Made by a program: the position numbers and the translations under genes. A stretch of 64,000 bases of DNA, taken from assembly GCF_032191835.1 (NCBI RefSeq), contig NC_083233.1, positions 84,568,001-84,632,000 on the forward strand, given 5' to 3'. Origin of the DNA: Heteronotia binoei. Taxonomy: Eukaryota. Of this stretch, positions 1 to 11,235 are shown in pieces; the first letter of the stretch is position 1, and each line of letters starts with the position of its first letter. A model generated the notes under the pieces. That model searched no databases. It saw only the letters and a list, made by a program, of their open reading frames with translations, and was not told where the DNA came from.

Positions 1-134
1 CCTTTGGAGTTCATTGATGCTTGTCACAGCCTTGATCTTGGCTCCACCCCAATGTCTCCTGGCTCCACCCCCAAAGTCTCCTGGCTCCGCCCCCAAAGTC
101 CCCAGATATTTCTTGAATTGGACTTGGCAACCCT
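1..134. mobile_element. End of a non-autonomous DNA transposon (MITE-like, terminus ...TTGGCAACCCTA) in a CHEK2 intron
   Basis: Near-identical to 1095-1206; the end sequence resembles TAGGGTTGCCA-type hAT termini. Confidence 0.55.
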
Positions 135-226
135 AGGAGCATCACAACCGGGGGGCGGAGTCTGCTTCCCAGGCCCCGCCCAGGTGTCCCCAGAGGGGGC
201 GTGTCCTCCCCCCCCCCCCCCCGTAC

Positions 227-410
227 CGAGGCCGGCGAACCCGGGGCTGCGGGGGAAGAGGCGCCCCCAGGGCTGCTCCTGCTCCTCCTCCTCGGCGATG
301 GGCGGCAGCGTCTCCTGGGCCGGGCCGGGCAGCGTCTCCAGCGAGCTCTGCGTGCCGGACGAGGAGGAGGAGGAGGCGGAGGCGGAGGCCTGGCTGCCCT
401 GAGAGGCCAT
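227..410 (-). CDS. CHEK2: Checkpoint kinase 2, first coding exon (SQ/TQ region up to the start of the FHA domain); the rest of the gene lies left of the window
   Basis: Translates MASQGSQASASASSSSSSGTQSSLETLPGPAQETLPPIAEEEEQEQPWGRLFPRSPGFAGL, resembling human CHK2 [10 protein letters not shown]...QEL...PWARL...GFANL. Kozak GCCGCCATCATGG; 184 nt ending in a phase-1 donor G|GTACGG at the same position as in human CHEK2; head-to-head with HSCB as in human. Confidence 0.9.
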
Positions 411-527
411 GATGGCGGCGCTGCCTCCCGCTCGCTCTTTCCCGCGCTTTCCCTCTCGCGCGGGGGCCGCCGGGAAGGGGCGTGGCCGGGGCGCGGGGGC
501 TGCCGGGAGTGGTAGTCCCGGGCGGGG
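411..527. promoter_or_regulatory. Bidirectional CpG-island promoter between CHEK2 and HSCB
   Basis: 117 bp between divergent ATGs, very GC/CpG-rich. GC box GGGCGGGG at 520-527; ZNF143/SBS-like motif (minus strand ACTACCACTCCCGGCAGC, about 499-516); YY1-like GATGGCGGCG at 411-420. Confidence 0.7.
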
Positions 528-3500
528 ATGTGGGCGCTGCGGGGCCTGGGGCGGGCGTGGAGGGGCGCGGGGGCGCTGCGGGGCTTCTCCTGCTGGAGCT
601 GCGGCCGGCCCTTCCCCCCGCTCTCCGCCGCGGCGCCTCCCCGCTTCTGCCCGGCCTGCCAAGCCCTGCAGCCCCCGGACGCCGCCGCCGACCTCTTCCG
701 CCTCCTCGGGTGGTGCGTCTGGGGGGGGGGGGTCCCCCGGTTTGGAGGTCCTCCCCCCCCCTTCAGGGTGGTCAGAAAGCGGGGGAGGGGAGGGGAATGT
801 CTGCCGGGAACTCTGCTATTCCCTGGGGAGATTTATTCCCATAGAAAATAATGGAGAATTGATCCGCAGGTATCTGGGGCTCTGGGGGGGCTGCTTTTTG
901 GGGTAGAGGCACCAAATTTTCAGTATAGCATCTTGTGCCTCTCCCCAAAATATCTCCCAAGTTTCAAAAGGATTGGACCAGGGGGTCCAATTCTATGAGT
1001 CCCAAAAGAAGGTGACCCCTATCCTTCATTATTTCCTATGGAAAGAAGGCATTTAAAAGGCGTGCCGTCTCTTTAAATGTGATGACCAGAACTCCCTTGG
1101 AGTTCAATTATGCTTGTCACAGCCTTGATCTTGGCTCCACCCCCAAAGTCTCCTGGCTCCACCCCCAAAGTCCCCAGATATTTCTTGAATTGGACTTAGC
1201 AACCCTAGGGGAGGGTGCCGGGGGAGGGAGGGCACCTAAAAGGGGAGGAGGGCATGGAGGGGAGGGCACCTAAGGGGGGAGGAGGGCATGGGAGGGAGGG
1301 CACCAGGGGGGGAGGGTGCCGGAGGGAGGAGGGCATAAGGGCAGGGCGCCAGAGGGGGGAGGGTGCCAGAGTGGGGAGGAGGGCGCTGGAGGGGGGAGGG
1401 CGTGGGGGGGAGTTCGCCAGAGGGGGGAGGGCGCCTGAGGGGATCCCTCCCTCCCCCCTCCTCACAGACTGACGCCCCTCTCTCTGCTCCCCCCCCCCCC
1501 CGCAGCCCACGCACCTTCCGGCTGGACGAGGCCGAACTCCAGCAGCGGTTCCGCAGCCTCCAGCGCCGCCTCCACCCAGACCTCTTCAGCCGCAGGCCCC
1601 AGGTCGGGAGGGGAGATGTGGGGGTGGGGGGGGGGAGGGAGGGAGAGGGACTGACCATGCTCTTTTCTCCCCTCTTCCCAGACGGAGCAGGGCTTCTCGG
1701 AGCAGCACTCGGCGCTGGTCAACACGGCCTACAGCACCCTCCGCACCCCCCTCAGCCGCGGACTCTACCTAGTGAGCTCCACCACCATCCTGGGGGGGAG
1801 GGGCGGGGGGCATGAGGAGGCCTCCCGGGAGGGGGGGCAGCGGTGGGGGAGGTCCAGCATATCAGGCCCAGGGGGTGGGGTGGGGGCTCTTCGGTGCCCG
1901 CCAGCAACTGGTGCCAGGCAGGGGTCAGACAGCTGAGCCACCTCACCCCACCCTCAAGCAGCGGCGGGGGGAGGGTCTGGGCGGCCCACCAAGGGGGGTG
2001 GGTTCAGGGCACCCCCTCCAGCCCTGAAGGGACACCAGTGCAGAGCTTCCCGGCTGTTGTCCGCCTTACTGAGATCAGATAGAAGAACCCAGAGCTCCAC
2101 AGTCCAGCTCAAGACAACGCAGAACCTGGGGAAGCAAAACATTAAGCAGAAATTTTTGTTTTTCAACGTTTATATAAGTTGTGATTCCATAATGAACAAC
2201 AGCTGCACAGTAGAAACTGACTTGTGTTTATCAAAGAATTCAGGTTTTCAGGGCTGGTAACATCATTAGGGTTTGTAGAATCTTTCGGGATCAGGTGCCG
2301 TGTTCTACTGGAGAAAGTTTTCCTTCCAGACGTTTCGTTCTCAGCTGTGGAGATGAGGATGTTCTCCGCAGCTGAGAACGAAACGTCTGGAAGGAAAACT
2401 TTCTCCAGTAGAACATGGCACTTGATCCCGAAAGATTCTACAAACCCTAATGACTTGTGTTTGTCTAGCCTCTAGTACTTTCCAAAGCACAAAACACCAT
2501 ATAACTATTGTGACCAAAGTTCAAAACTCCTTTTGTAAAGTCCACAAGTCAGCAGCAGTTCCCTGCTGGAAGCCCTCCGGTGTGTGCACGGAAATGTCGA
2601 GGATGCAAGAGGAACCGGTTTCAGTCCTAAGACCTTCTTCAGCTATGGCTTCACAGCCCAAATGCGGTATTATTCTTGGAAGCAGCACTCTAGTCGAGCA
2701 GTGTCCTAAAACTCTCCCAGCTATACCAGGTCACAATAACAATGTGGTGTTTTGTACTTAGGAAAATATTAGACAAACACAGGTCAATTTGCTCTGTGTA
2801 ACTGTTGCTTATTATGGAATAATTTCTTATATAAATGTTGAAAAAGAGTAATTTCTATTTAATGTTTTGATGCCACGTGGTTGAGCTGTCCTTTATGCAG
2901 TCTGTATCTCCGGTACCTGGCATTATGTGACCTGGCTTGACAAAGTGGCATTTATGTCAAACCCAGCCATGTAACAAATGACATAGAGGGTTCGTGTCAG
3001 CGGAAACTACAAAACAGTCGACTGTGGCAGCTCTTTACAGAGGCACTCCCTTAGGGTTAAATGCCTTGCACAGCATCGGGGAGGGTGGCTGCATTTGCAG
3101 GAAAGCCACCTTTAGATGAGGAAGCTCTAAACAGAGTTGTGCTCTTCATTACCAGCTGGAGTTAAATGGGGTGGAGCTGGAGAAAGGAACAGACTGTGAG
3201 GCAGATCCTGAATTCCTCTCAGAAATCATGGAAATTAATGAGAAACTGACAGAAACGAACAATGAAGATGCAACAGAAGAGATGGAAAGCTACATAGCAG
3301 GTTTGGGAGAGGCTTGTGCTAGGAGAGGTTTCTGTGCAGAAACTGTGGAGGTGCTGTTTACTCTAATGGGAAGTCAGAGCTAGCTCTGCATTTATCATTT
3401 TTGCCCATTAACCTGCAGAACAAGTATTGTTGTGTGCAACTCTCTATATGAATTGAAATTTATATAATCCTTATTAACCTGTAAACATTGGACTAGTGAT

Positions 3501-5071
3501 ACATTTGTGTAGAAATCAGTGCCAGCTGTGCTGAAGAAGGAAACCCCCAGTGCAGCCATCATGTTCTATGCAGGAATCATGTGAAGTCATGTCAAGTGGT
3601 TTCCACATCCAGGGGCAGTCAACCCCTGTAGACCAGTGCCATCAACATCAGGGAAAGGCTTCAGCCTCTGTGTCTTGTTGGTCTTCCAGAGGAACTGGCT
3701 GGCCACTGTGTGAGACAGGAGGCTGGACTAGATGGACCCTCACTGGTCTGATCTAGCAAGGCTCTTATGATGCTCTTCTCAGGGGAAGGCCTCTGCCTCT
3801 CTGCCCTGTTGTTGGCCCTCCAGAGGCACTGGCTGGCCACTGTGTGAGACAGGAGGCTGGACTAGATGGACCCTCCCTGGTCTGATCCAGCGGGGTTCTC
3901 TTTATGAGATAATAATAATAATAATAATTTTTTATTTCTATCCCGCCCTCCCCGCCGGGGCAGGCTCAGGGCGGCTCACAACATAAAACACACATTACAT
4001 CAATTATACTTATAAAATAGTTAAAACAATTACAGAGTATTAATGATGGAGTGAGAAAGAATTCCAGGCTGAGCTGATGACATTTGCAGTGTGTGTGTGT
4101 GTGTGTGTGTACACGCACGCACCTGCTGTAATGTTAGACGATCAGAGGACGTTCTTATTTCTAAGTGCCTTAAGTGAGACATTCTTTGTGAAAGCTGTAA
4201 CTTGTTAAAGCCTAGCGGCTTCCTTCATGTTCAAAGCACACATTTCTCGCTGTTTTAGCTACCTTGGAAGCTCCCCACTGACTTTCCCCAGATCTCTTTT
4301 CGCAGCATTGGTGAGGCTGAAAGTGCCTATAATCTGAATTCCATTTCTCTCTTATTTGTTCCCAACTAGCTAAACAAGAGGAGCTGGCCAAAGATGTAGG
4401 CCAAGCCTTTGACCAAGGTAGGTCATTCCCACCCTTCCTCTACAAGGGCTTGTCAGATGCGCTGCTGCATTCACGGGGCTTGTGAGCCAGTCTGGACTGC
4501 AGGTAGCGGGAAATCCTTGGCACTTGTGCCATTGTGCTTGCTTGCTTTCCTCTTGTGAATACATACAACAGGGCACATATTAGGTAGTTCTGCTAGATGT
4601 AGGAGTAAGTTTGTACAGAAATGCCTTCTGGCAAGAGCAGCTCAGTTCCAAAAGTGATTGAATTGCTGTGTTGGTTCCTGTCACTGTATACAAATGCAGA
4701 GAGAGAGAGAGATCTGATGAGCTTTTGGATCGATAGGCCCTGACTGTCAAGGTAGAGTATCTGGTTTTAAGTCTTGTCTGTATTTTTAGCCAGTTCATAT
4801 TGAAATTGTAATTTGTTCTTAACCATTTTAATTGTTGGATCTCTGATGTCAGCCTGCTTTGCAGGAAAAGGCCAGGATATAAGCCAAATAAAATAAATGA
4901 ATAAATGTATGTATGGAAAAGCAACATAGAAATGTGTAAATGACATTTTTAAAACCCTGCTTTTTTCCTTGAATTGCAGATGATTTTCAGAAAGCAAAAA
5001 AAATATTGGCCAAAATGAAATATTTTGCCAACCTGGAAGAAAAGGTGAAGAAGAAAAAGCTCCCCTCCTAA
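528..5071 (+). CDS. HSCB: Iron-sulfur cluster co-chaperone HscB (HSC20), 6 exons, 218 aa
   Basis: Exons 528-712, 1506-1602, 1682-1771, 3156-3300, 4370-4417, 4980-5071, all GT-AG with compatible phases (657 nt). Contains the CWSC...CPAC tetracysteine motif, a J-domain with HPD (RRLHPDLFS), EFLSEIMEINEKL and the C-terminal KMKYFANLEEK. Internal exon sizes 97/90/145/48 match human HSCB. Confidence 0.96.
730..1206. mobile_element. Non-autonomous DNA transposon of the same family in HSCB intron 1
   Basis: The 3' part duplicates 1-134 and ends TTAGCAACCCTA; the left boundary is approximate. Confidence 0.5.
2263..2453. repeat. Long inverted repeat (about 91-bp arms, 9-nt loop), Penelope-like
   Basis: TCATTAGGGTTTGTAGAATC... 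pairs with ...GATTCTACAAACCCTAATGA with about 3 mismatches; contains the GACGTTTCG/CGAAACGTC motif typical of Penelope pseudo-LTRs. Confidence 0.75.
3655..3990. mobile_element. Two tandem CR1-type 3' ends (+) followed by an L2-type 3' tail (-)
   Basis: Duplicated ...GGCCACTGTGTGAGACAGGAGGCTGGACTAGATGGACCCTC...; then (AAT)n and CCCGCCCTCCCC...CTCAGGGCGGCTCACAAC, the reverse complement of the L2 tail seen at 9384-9446. Confidence 0.6.
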
Positions 5072-5131
5072 CATTGCACTATGAATTGTGATGAGCTTTT
5101 GCCGTTTGATATTTCCCAGGTAACTGAAAGC

Positions 5132-5137
5132 AATAAA
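5132..5137 (+). terminator. Candidate HSCB polyadenylation signal
   Basis: AATAAA about 60 nt after the HSCB stop codon. Confidence 0.55.
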
Positions 5138-5523
5138 ACCAGCATTGTGGGCAGCTCTTGGTTTGTCTGCTCCTGAGACAATGCAGAGAGCTGCTGGGTG
5201 AGACCACAGGTTCAGCATCCTGCTTCCTGCCAGCGGACTCCAAGCAAGACAGTCCTCCCTCCAACGACTTTAGATGCTGCAGGGCATGCTGGCTTGGAAC
5301 CTGGGGGGTCCAGGAAGACCTTGTCACTAGTGGCCTTCGGCAGGCCAAGAGGAACAGGAATCCAGAGCCGCGGAAGTGGGTTGCAGCTCATGAAGGAGTT
5401 CACTAGAATAAAAACATCTTTAAGGTGCTGCAAGAGTCTTCTCTGTTTTTGCTTCCATTTACTGCCACTTAAGCCCACGGCTGCAGCCACCCTTTGTGGC
5501 AGTCCACTTATGACATTAGACTG

Positions 5524-6835
5524 TAAGAGAAGCCCTGTTGGATCAGGCCAATGGCCCAGTCTGTCAAACACTCTGTGTCACATAAGAGAAGCCATGTTGG
5601 ATCAGGCCAATGGCCCCTCCAGTCCAACACTCTGTGTCACATAAGAACATCAGACAAGCCATGTTGGATCAGGCCAGTGGCCCATCCAGTCCAGCACTCT
5701 GTGTCACATAAGAACATCAGACAAGCCTTGTTGGATCAGGCCAATGGCCCATCCAGTCCAACACTCTGTGTCACATAAGAACATAAGTGAAGCCATGTTG
5801 GATCAGGCCAATGGCCCCTCCAGTCCAATACTCTGTGTCACATAAGAACATCAGAGAAGCCATGTTGGATCAGGCCAGTGGCCCCTCCAGTCCAACACTC
5901 TGTGTCACATAAGAACATAAGAGAAGCCCTGTTGGATCAGGCCAATGGCCCATCCAGTCCAACACTGTGTCACATAAGAACATAAGAGAAGCCCTGTTGG
6001 ATCAGGCCAGTGGCCCATCCAGTCCAGCACTCTGTGTCACATAAGAACATCAGACAAGCCATGTTGGATCAGGCCAGTGGCCCATCCAGTCCAGCACTCT
6101 GTGTCACATAAGAACATCAGACAAGCCTTGTTGGATCAGGCCAATGGCCCATCCAGTCCAACACTCTGTGTCACATAAGAACATAAGAGAAGCCCTGTTG
6201 GATCAGGCCAATGGCCCATCCAGTCCAACACTCTGTGTCACAGAAGAACATAAGAGAAGCCATTTTGGATCAGGCCAATGGCCCATCCAATCCAACACTG
6301 TGTCACATAAGAACATAAGAGAAGCCATGTTGCATCAGGCCAATGGTTTGGTGTAGTGGTTAAGTGTGGACTCTTATCTGGGAGAACCAGGTTTGATTCC
6401 CCACTCCTCCACTTGCACCTGCTAGCATGGCCTTGGGTCAGCCATAGCTCTGGCAGAGGTTGTCCTTGAAAGGGCAGCTGCTGTGAGAGCCCTCTCCAGC
6501 CCCACCCACCTCACAGGGTGTCTGTTGTGGGGGAGGAAGGTAAAGGAGATTGTGAGCCGCTCTGAGACTCTTCGGAGTGGAGAGCGGGATATAAATCCAA
6601 TATCTTCTTCTCCAGTCCAACACTCTGTGTCACATAAGAACATAAGAGAAGCCATGTTGGATCAGGCCAATGGCCCATTCAGTCCAACACTCTGTGTCAC
6701 ACAGTGGCCAAAACACCCAGGGGGCATCAGGAGGCCCACCAGTGGGGCCAGGGCACTAGAAGCCCTCTCCCCAAGAACCAGGAATACAGAGTATCGCTGC
6801 CCCAGACAGAGAGTTCCAATATTGTTTTTGAAATC
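5524..6835 (-). mobile_element. 5'-truncated CR1 with about 13 tandem copies of its 67-bp 3' end, interrupted by a SINE
   Basis: Unit ACATAAGAACATAAGAGAAGCCATGTTGGATCAGGCCAATGGCCCATCCAGTCCAACACTCTGTGTC is the reverse complement of the CR1 terminus at about 52510-52585; 6700-6835 matches the CR1 3' UTR at 38620-38750. Confidence 0.85.
6346..6610 (+). mobile_element. tRNA-derived SINE (Squam3-like)
   Basis: A-box-like TGGTGTAGTGG, B-box-like GGTTTGATTCC, L2-type tail GTGAGCCGCTCTGAG...GCGGGATATAAAT and (TCT)n end; six copies in the window. Confidence 0.85.
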
Positions 6836-7182
6836 CTACCCCCCCCCCATCTCCCTGCATCACCCAGTGCTTCCCTGCAGAAATGGGTTTGGGCTTTTCA
6901 GGGCCAGTTCAAAGGTCTGCTGCTGTTTCTTCAGGATAATTTGGAAGGCGAAGCTCCAGGTCATCTTAATCACTGGCCCAAAGTCCCTTTAGGGGAACCA
7001 GGTGGAGTGGGTGAATTCTGAATTCAGTAAACCTTGAAGTGCAGTAACCTTTGTCCACAAAGACACGTACAGGGTGGTCAGAACAGGTACAAGTGGTTGA
7101 TGTGCAGTTCATTGTCCCAAGAATCCAGCCTGTTCTGTTCCCAGCGCTTCTTTGCCGTGATGATATAAGTAAGTCTTCACCA

Positions 7183-9446
7183 GGCGATTCCCTGGATGAC
7201 CTGGGGGAGTCTTGGAATGATAGGCTCTCCAGGGCCATCGACAAGATCGCACCTAGACGTCCTCTGCGCCCTAGCCTAAAGCTAGTACCTTGGTATAACC
7301 AGGAGTTGCGGCAATTAAAGCGACTCAAACGACTAGAGAGGCAATGGCGGTGTACTCGAGACGAAGTGACTAGAACATCTTATAGAGAATGTATGAAGTC
7401 CTATGAGATGGCAGTCAAAGCCGCAAAGAAAACATACTTTGCGGCTAAGATTGCGTCTGCAATTTCGCGCCTGGCACAATTGTTCAACACAATTCGGACT
7501 CTTATAACGCTGCCACAGGGCAGTCCAAATTCTAATCAATTGGAAATTGGCTGTGAGGTTTTTGCGAATTTTTCTGCAGATAAAGTGTTGCTCTGCCGCG
7601 ACTTCCCTGCCATATTGGAGACAGTATGTGAACCTGAGGCTCCTTGCCTGTCTTCAGACTGTGTCTTGGATGGTTTCAGTGCTCTCAGTCTGGAGGAAGT
7701 TGACAGGATCCTCTTGTCTGCATGCCCTACAACTTGCAATTTGGACCCTTGCCCCTCCTGGCTTATTAAAACCTGCCAGAGGGAGCTTAGGTATCCTGTA
7801 CGGGATATCATAAATAGATCCCTGATGGAAGGGCATTTTCCAGCACCTCTTAAAGAGGCAGTGGTCCGCCCCCTCTTGAAAAAACCAACGTTAGATCCGG
7901 CTGAATTGGCACACTAGTGGCCGGTCTTGAATTTACCCGTTTTGGGCAAACTTATTGAGAGGGCAGTGGCGTTGCAATTACAGAGTTTCCTGGAGGATGC
8001 TTCCGTTCTTGATCCCCATCAGTCGGGCTTTCGTCCGGATCATGGGACGGAGACAGTGCTGGTTGCCCTGGTGGATGATCTTCAGCGGCATCTGGATCAA
8101 GGCGGCTCGGCGGTGCTGATGCTGTTAGACCTATCGGCAGCGTTCGACACGGTCGACCATCGGTTGCTGACCTGCCGTCTCGCCGACATGGGGATTCAGG
8201 GGTTGGCTTTACAATGGCTTTCCTCGATGGGGACAAAGGGTGGTGATTGGGGGTGAACTGTCCCGGAGGCGCCCGCTCGATTGCAAGGTGCCTCAGGGGG
8301 CAGTACTTTCCCTGATATTGTTCAACATCTACATGCGCCCCCTTGCCCAGATTGCCCGGAGATATGGGCTAGGCTGCCACCAGTACGCTGATGACACCCA
8401 GCTCTATCTACTCATGGACGGCCGGCCTGCCTGTGTCCCAGAAAATCTGGACCTGGCATTGCAAGCCGTGTCTAGATGGCTCAGGCTGAGGGGATTGAAA
8501 CTAAATCCAGCGAAGACAGAGGTCCTTTGCTTAGGTTGCCGTGGTCCGGGGTGGGAGGAGATTCCCTTACCAGCCCTTGATGGTGTGCCTCTGACAGTGG
8601 TGCACAGGGTCAGGAGCTTGGGGGTACTATTGGAGCCTACTTTAACTATGGAGGCCCAAATAGCAGCCACTGCCAAGTCCGCATTCTTTCACCTTAGGCG
8701 AGCAAAGCAGTTGGCCCCTTTCCTGGAGGACGGCGATCTGGCAGCAGTGATCCATGCAACGGTCACCTCGAGGTTGGACTACTGTAATGCCCTCTACATG
8801 GGGCTGCCCCTGTGCCGAACCCAGAAGTTGCAACTAGTGCAGAATGCTGCCGCCTGGTTGTTATTAGGGCTCCCTAGACGGGAGCACATTCAACTGGGGC
8901 TCCGGGGACTGCATTGGCTGCCGATAACATACCGAGTTCGATACAAGGTGCTGGTTATTACCTTTAAAGCCCTTTATGGCCTAGGACCTGCCTACCTTAG
9001 GGACTGTCTCTCCCCATATGTTCCCCAGAGAGTGCTGAGATCGGGTTCTCAGAATCTCCTTACAATCCCTGGGCCAAAGGAGACCCATCTGAAATCAACT
9101 AGGGACAGGGCCTTTTCGATCACAGCCCCCTGCTGGTGGAACCAGTTGTCAGAGGAGGTGAGGGCCCTGCGCAACCTTGGGCAGTTCTGCAGGGCCTGTA
9201 AGACAGTCCTCTTCCGGTTGGCATACAACTGACTGATATCTGAACATCAGAATATTTGAACATCAGAATGTCTGAATTTTTAAGGAAGACTTAGCATGGC
9301 ATACTGATAATTGTGTTTTTACTCTATTTTATTGTATAAATTATTAATGTATTTTAAATTGATTTATTGTTAGAATTTTGTGTTGTGAGCCGCCCTGAGC
9401 CCGCTTCAGTGGGGTAGGGCGGGATATAAATTGAAATAAATAAATC
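7183..9446 (+). mobile_element. 5'-truncated, inactivated L2 LINE (RT region and 3' tail)
   Basis: RT motifs QSGFR, LDLSAAFDTVDH, VPQGAVL and QYADDTQLY. In-frame TAG at 7915-7917 and a frameshift near 8230. 3' tail TGTGAGCCGCCCTGAG...GGGCGGGATATAAAT followed by (AAAT)n. Confidence 0.92.
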
Positions 9447-11039
9447 ATTGCAGAAATTTACTCACGTTGATAGAGAAAAGAGGCCACCGGGGAAGGGATT
9501 TGTTTTTATTGCACTTAACGTATTTATATGCCTTTTCTTCTTCGACTCAAGGAAGCTTAACAAAGCATCAACATTGTAGCTGCATACAGCATAACCAAAC
9601 GGCAAGATCAAAACATGCAAGAAAGGCCCAACAGCCAGATCTGCAAGAACACTTAATCCTCTCTCTGAAAGAGAAGTGTCTTGCGTGCCCCCACTCCTCT
9701 TCTGGTAAACGCTCCCGAAAGATGGACCGTGAGCTGAGTGTGGCTGAACAGCGCAGTCCTGAGCCAGGAGGCCTACAAGGAAAGGTTGGCGGAACTGGGC
9801 ACCCGGCAGCACAGAGGAACATATGCCAGGAGATGCTGCTTGAGCAGCATGGGGGCACCGGGGCTGCTGAGGGCTTGGAAGGGAACAACCAGTAGGAGTT
9901 GCTGGCTGAGCACTGGCACGGCACGTTCCAAGAGTCTGATTGGGAAAGGGAGTCTCACTGCTACAGTTTTTACTTGTTGAAGGTTCCAGGACGTCTTTAG
10001 AGGCGGCAGCCCAGTAAGGAATGGGTTACAGTAAACCACGCTAGGGACGATATGGTGCTGTAAGTCAAGGTAGCTAGGCTGGCAGATTCTTCATGAAGGA
10101 TCAGTTTGCAAACTGGGTGTGCTTGAAAGAAGGGGCTCCTGGCAACTGCACTGACCTGTTTACCTTAAAAAAAAACCCTGCTCATTTCTAATAGCAAAAT
10201 GTCTCTTCCAGTAATAAAAACAAAAGTCCACTTTTGTTGAAAACTGAGGAGAGTTCTGCTATACCAGAACGAAGTCTTTCTTCACCGTTTATCCATCAGT
10301 GTGATGTCCATGACCTTATTAAATCCTTTTTGGACTGAAGGTGCAGAAAAGCCCTACTGATATTTTGCCCGGACAAGGCCTGCAGCTTGCAGAAGATTTG
10401 TTGCTCATAAAGTAATATTGACTGAATGGAGCAGGATCCATACTGGGGCCAATTGCTTATATAATTGTTACAATGTGTAACAAGTATTGGGGAACATTAA
10501 GACGAACATCAAAGGAGATAAAGAAATCTGCATAGTGGGCAAAGTATTCCGTCATTCAAATCTATTATTGATTTTATTTTGCCTTGCTGGAGCAAGACAC
10601 CACCTGGGAAAGTTTTTTTTTTAATGTGCTGCTTTAAATAAAGGGTAAATGTGCTATTTCTGTACACAAAAAGAGAAAATAACTGAAACCTGCTCTTTCT
10701 CCTAGGACCTGACATTTGTGTGTCTGGCTAGGGGAGTTTAATGCCAGAGGAGTTTTCTTTTTTTGCCAAGAGCACTTCTCTTTCGGAAATCGCTCAGGGC
10801 TGAATGCTTCCTTTTAGACAATGGGTGCAATAACAGTTTAAAGAATATTAGGGTCACTCCTGGGAAGAGACCCCAATATTCTTAAAACTACTTGCCCAAC
10901 ATAACATATATTGGAACAATGTAGGAATTTACCCATTTGGTTTTCTGTTCCTCTGCTCCATAGTTAAAAAGAGTCCATTCTCCAACAGATCTTCTCCATC
11001 TGGGTATAATATAATGTTCCCACTCAGAAAATAAAACCG

Positions 11040-11235
11040 TATCTCCAGCCGTGTTGGTCTGAAGCAGTACAACAGAGGTAGAACCCAAATGCAACTTTTA
11101 TTCCGGGTGTGAGCTTTAATGTGCGCATACACTTTCATACCGTCTGGAGAAGTGCACATGCGCAGGAAAGCTCACACCCAGAATAAAACCTCGTTGGTCT
11201 TAAAGGTGCCTGACTGGGCTCTAACTTTGTTCCAA
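11040..11235. mobile_element. Penelope-like fragment with a short inverted duplication
   Basis: TTTTATTCCGGGTGTGAGCTTT pairs with AAAGCTCACACCCAGAATAAAA; the following GTTGGTCTTAAAGGTGCC is typical of reptile PLE ends. Confidence 0.45.

Noticed and set aside
7000-7180. Possible minus-strand RT remnant (EQAGF-like peptide) next to the L2
   Set aside because: Too short and degenerate to assign without alignment.
9462-9980. Several 80-140 aa ORFs and a minus-strand donor-like site downstream of the L2
   Set aside because: No recognisable homology (not CCDC117 or XBP1 as far as I can recall) and no consistent exon chain; a database search would be needed.
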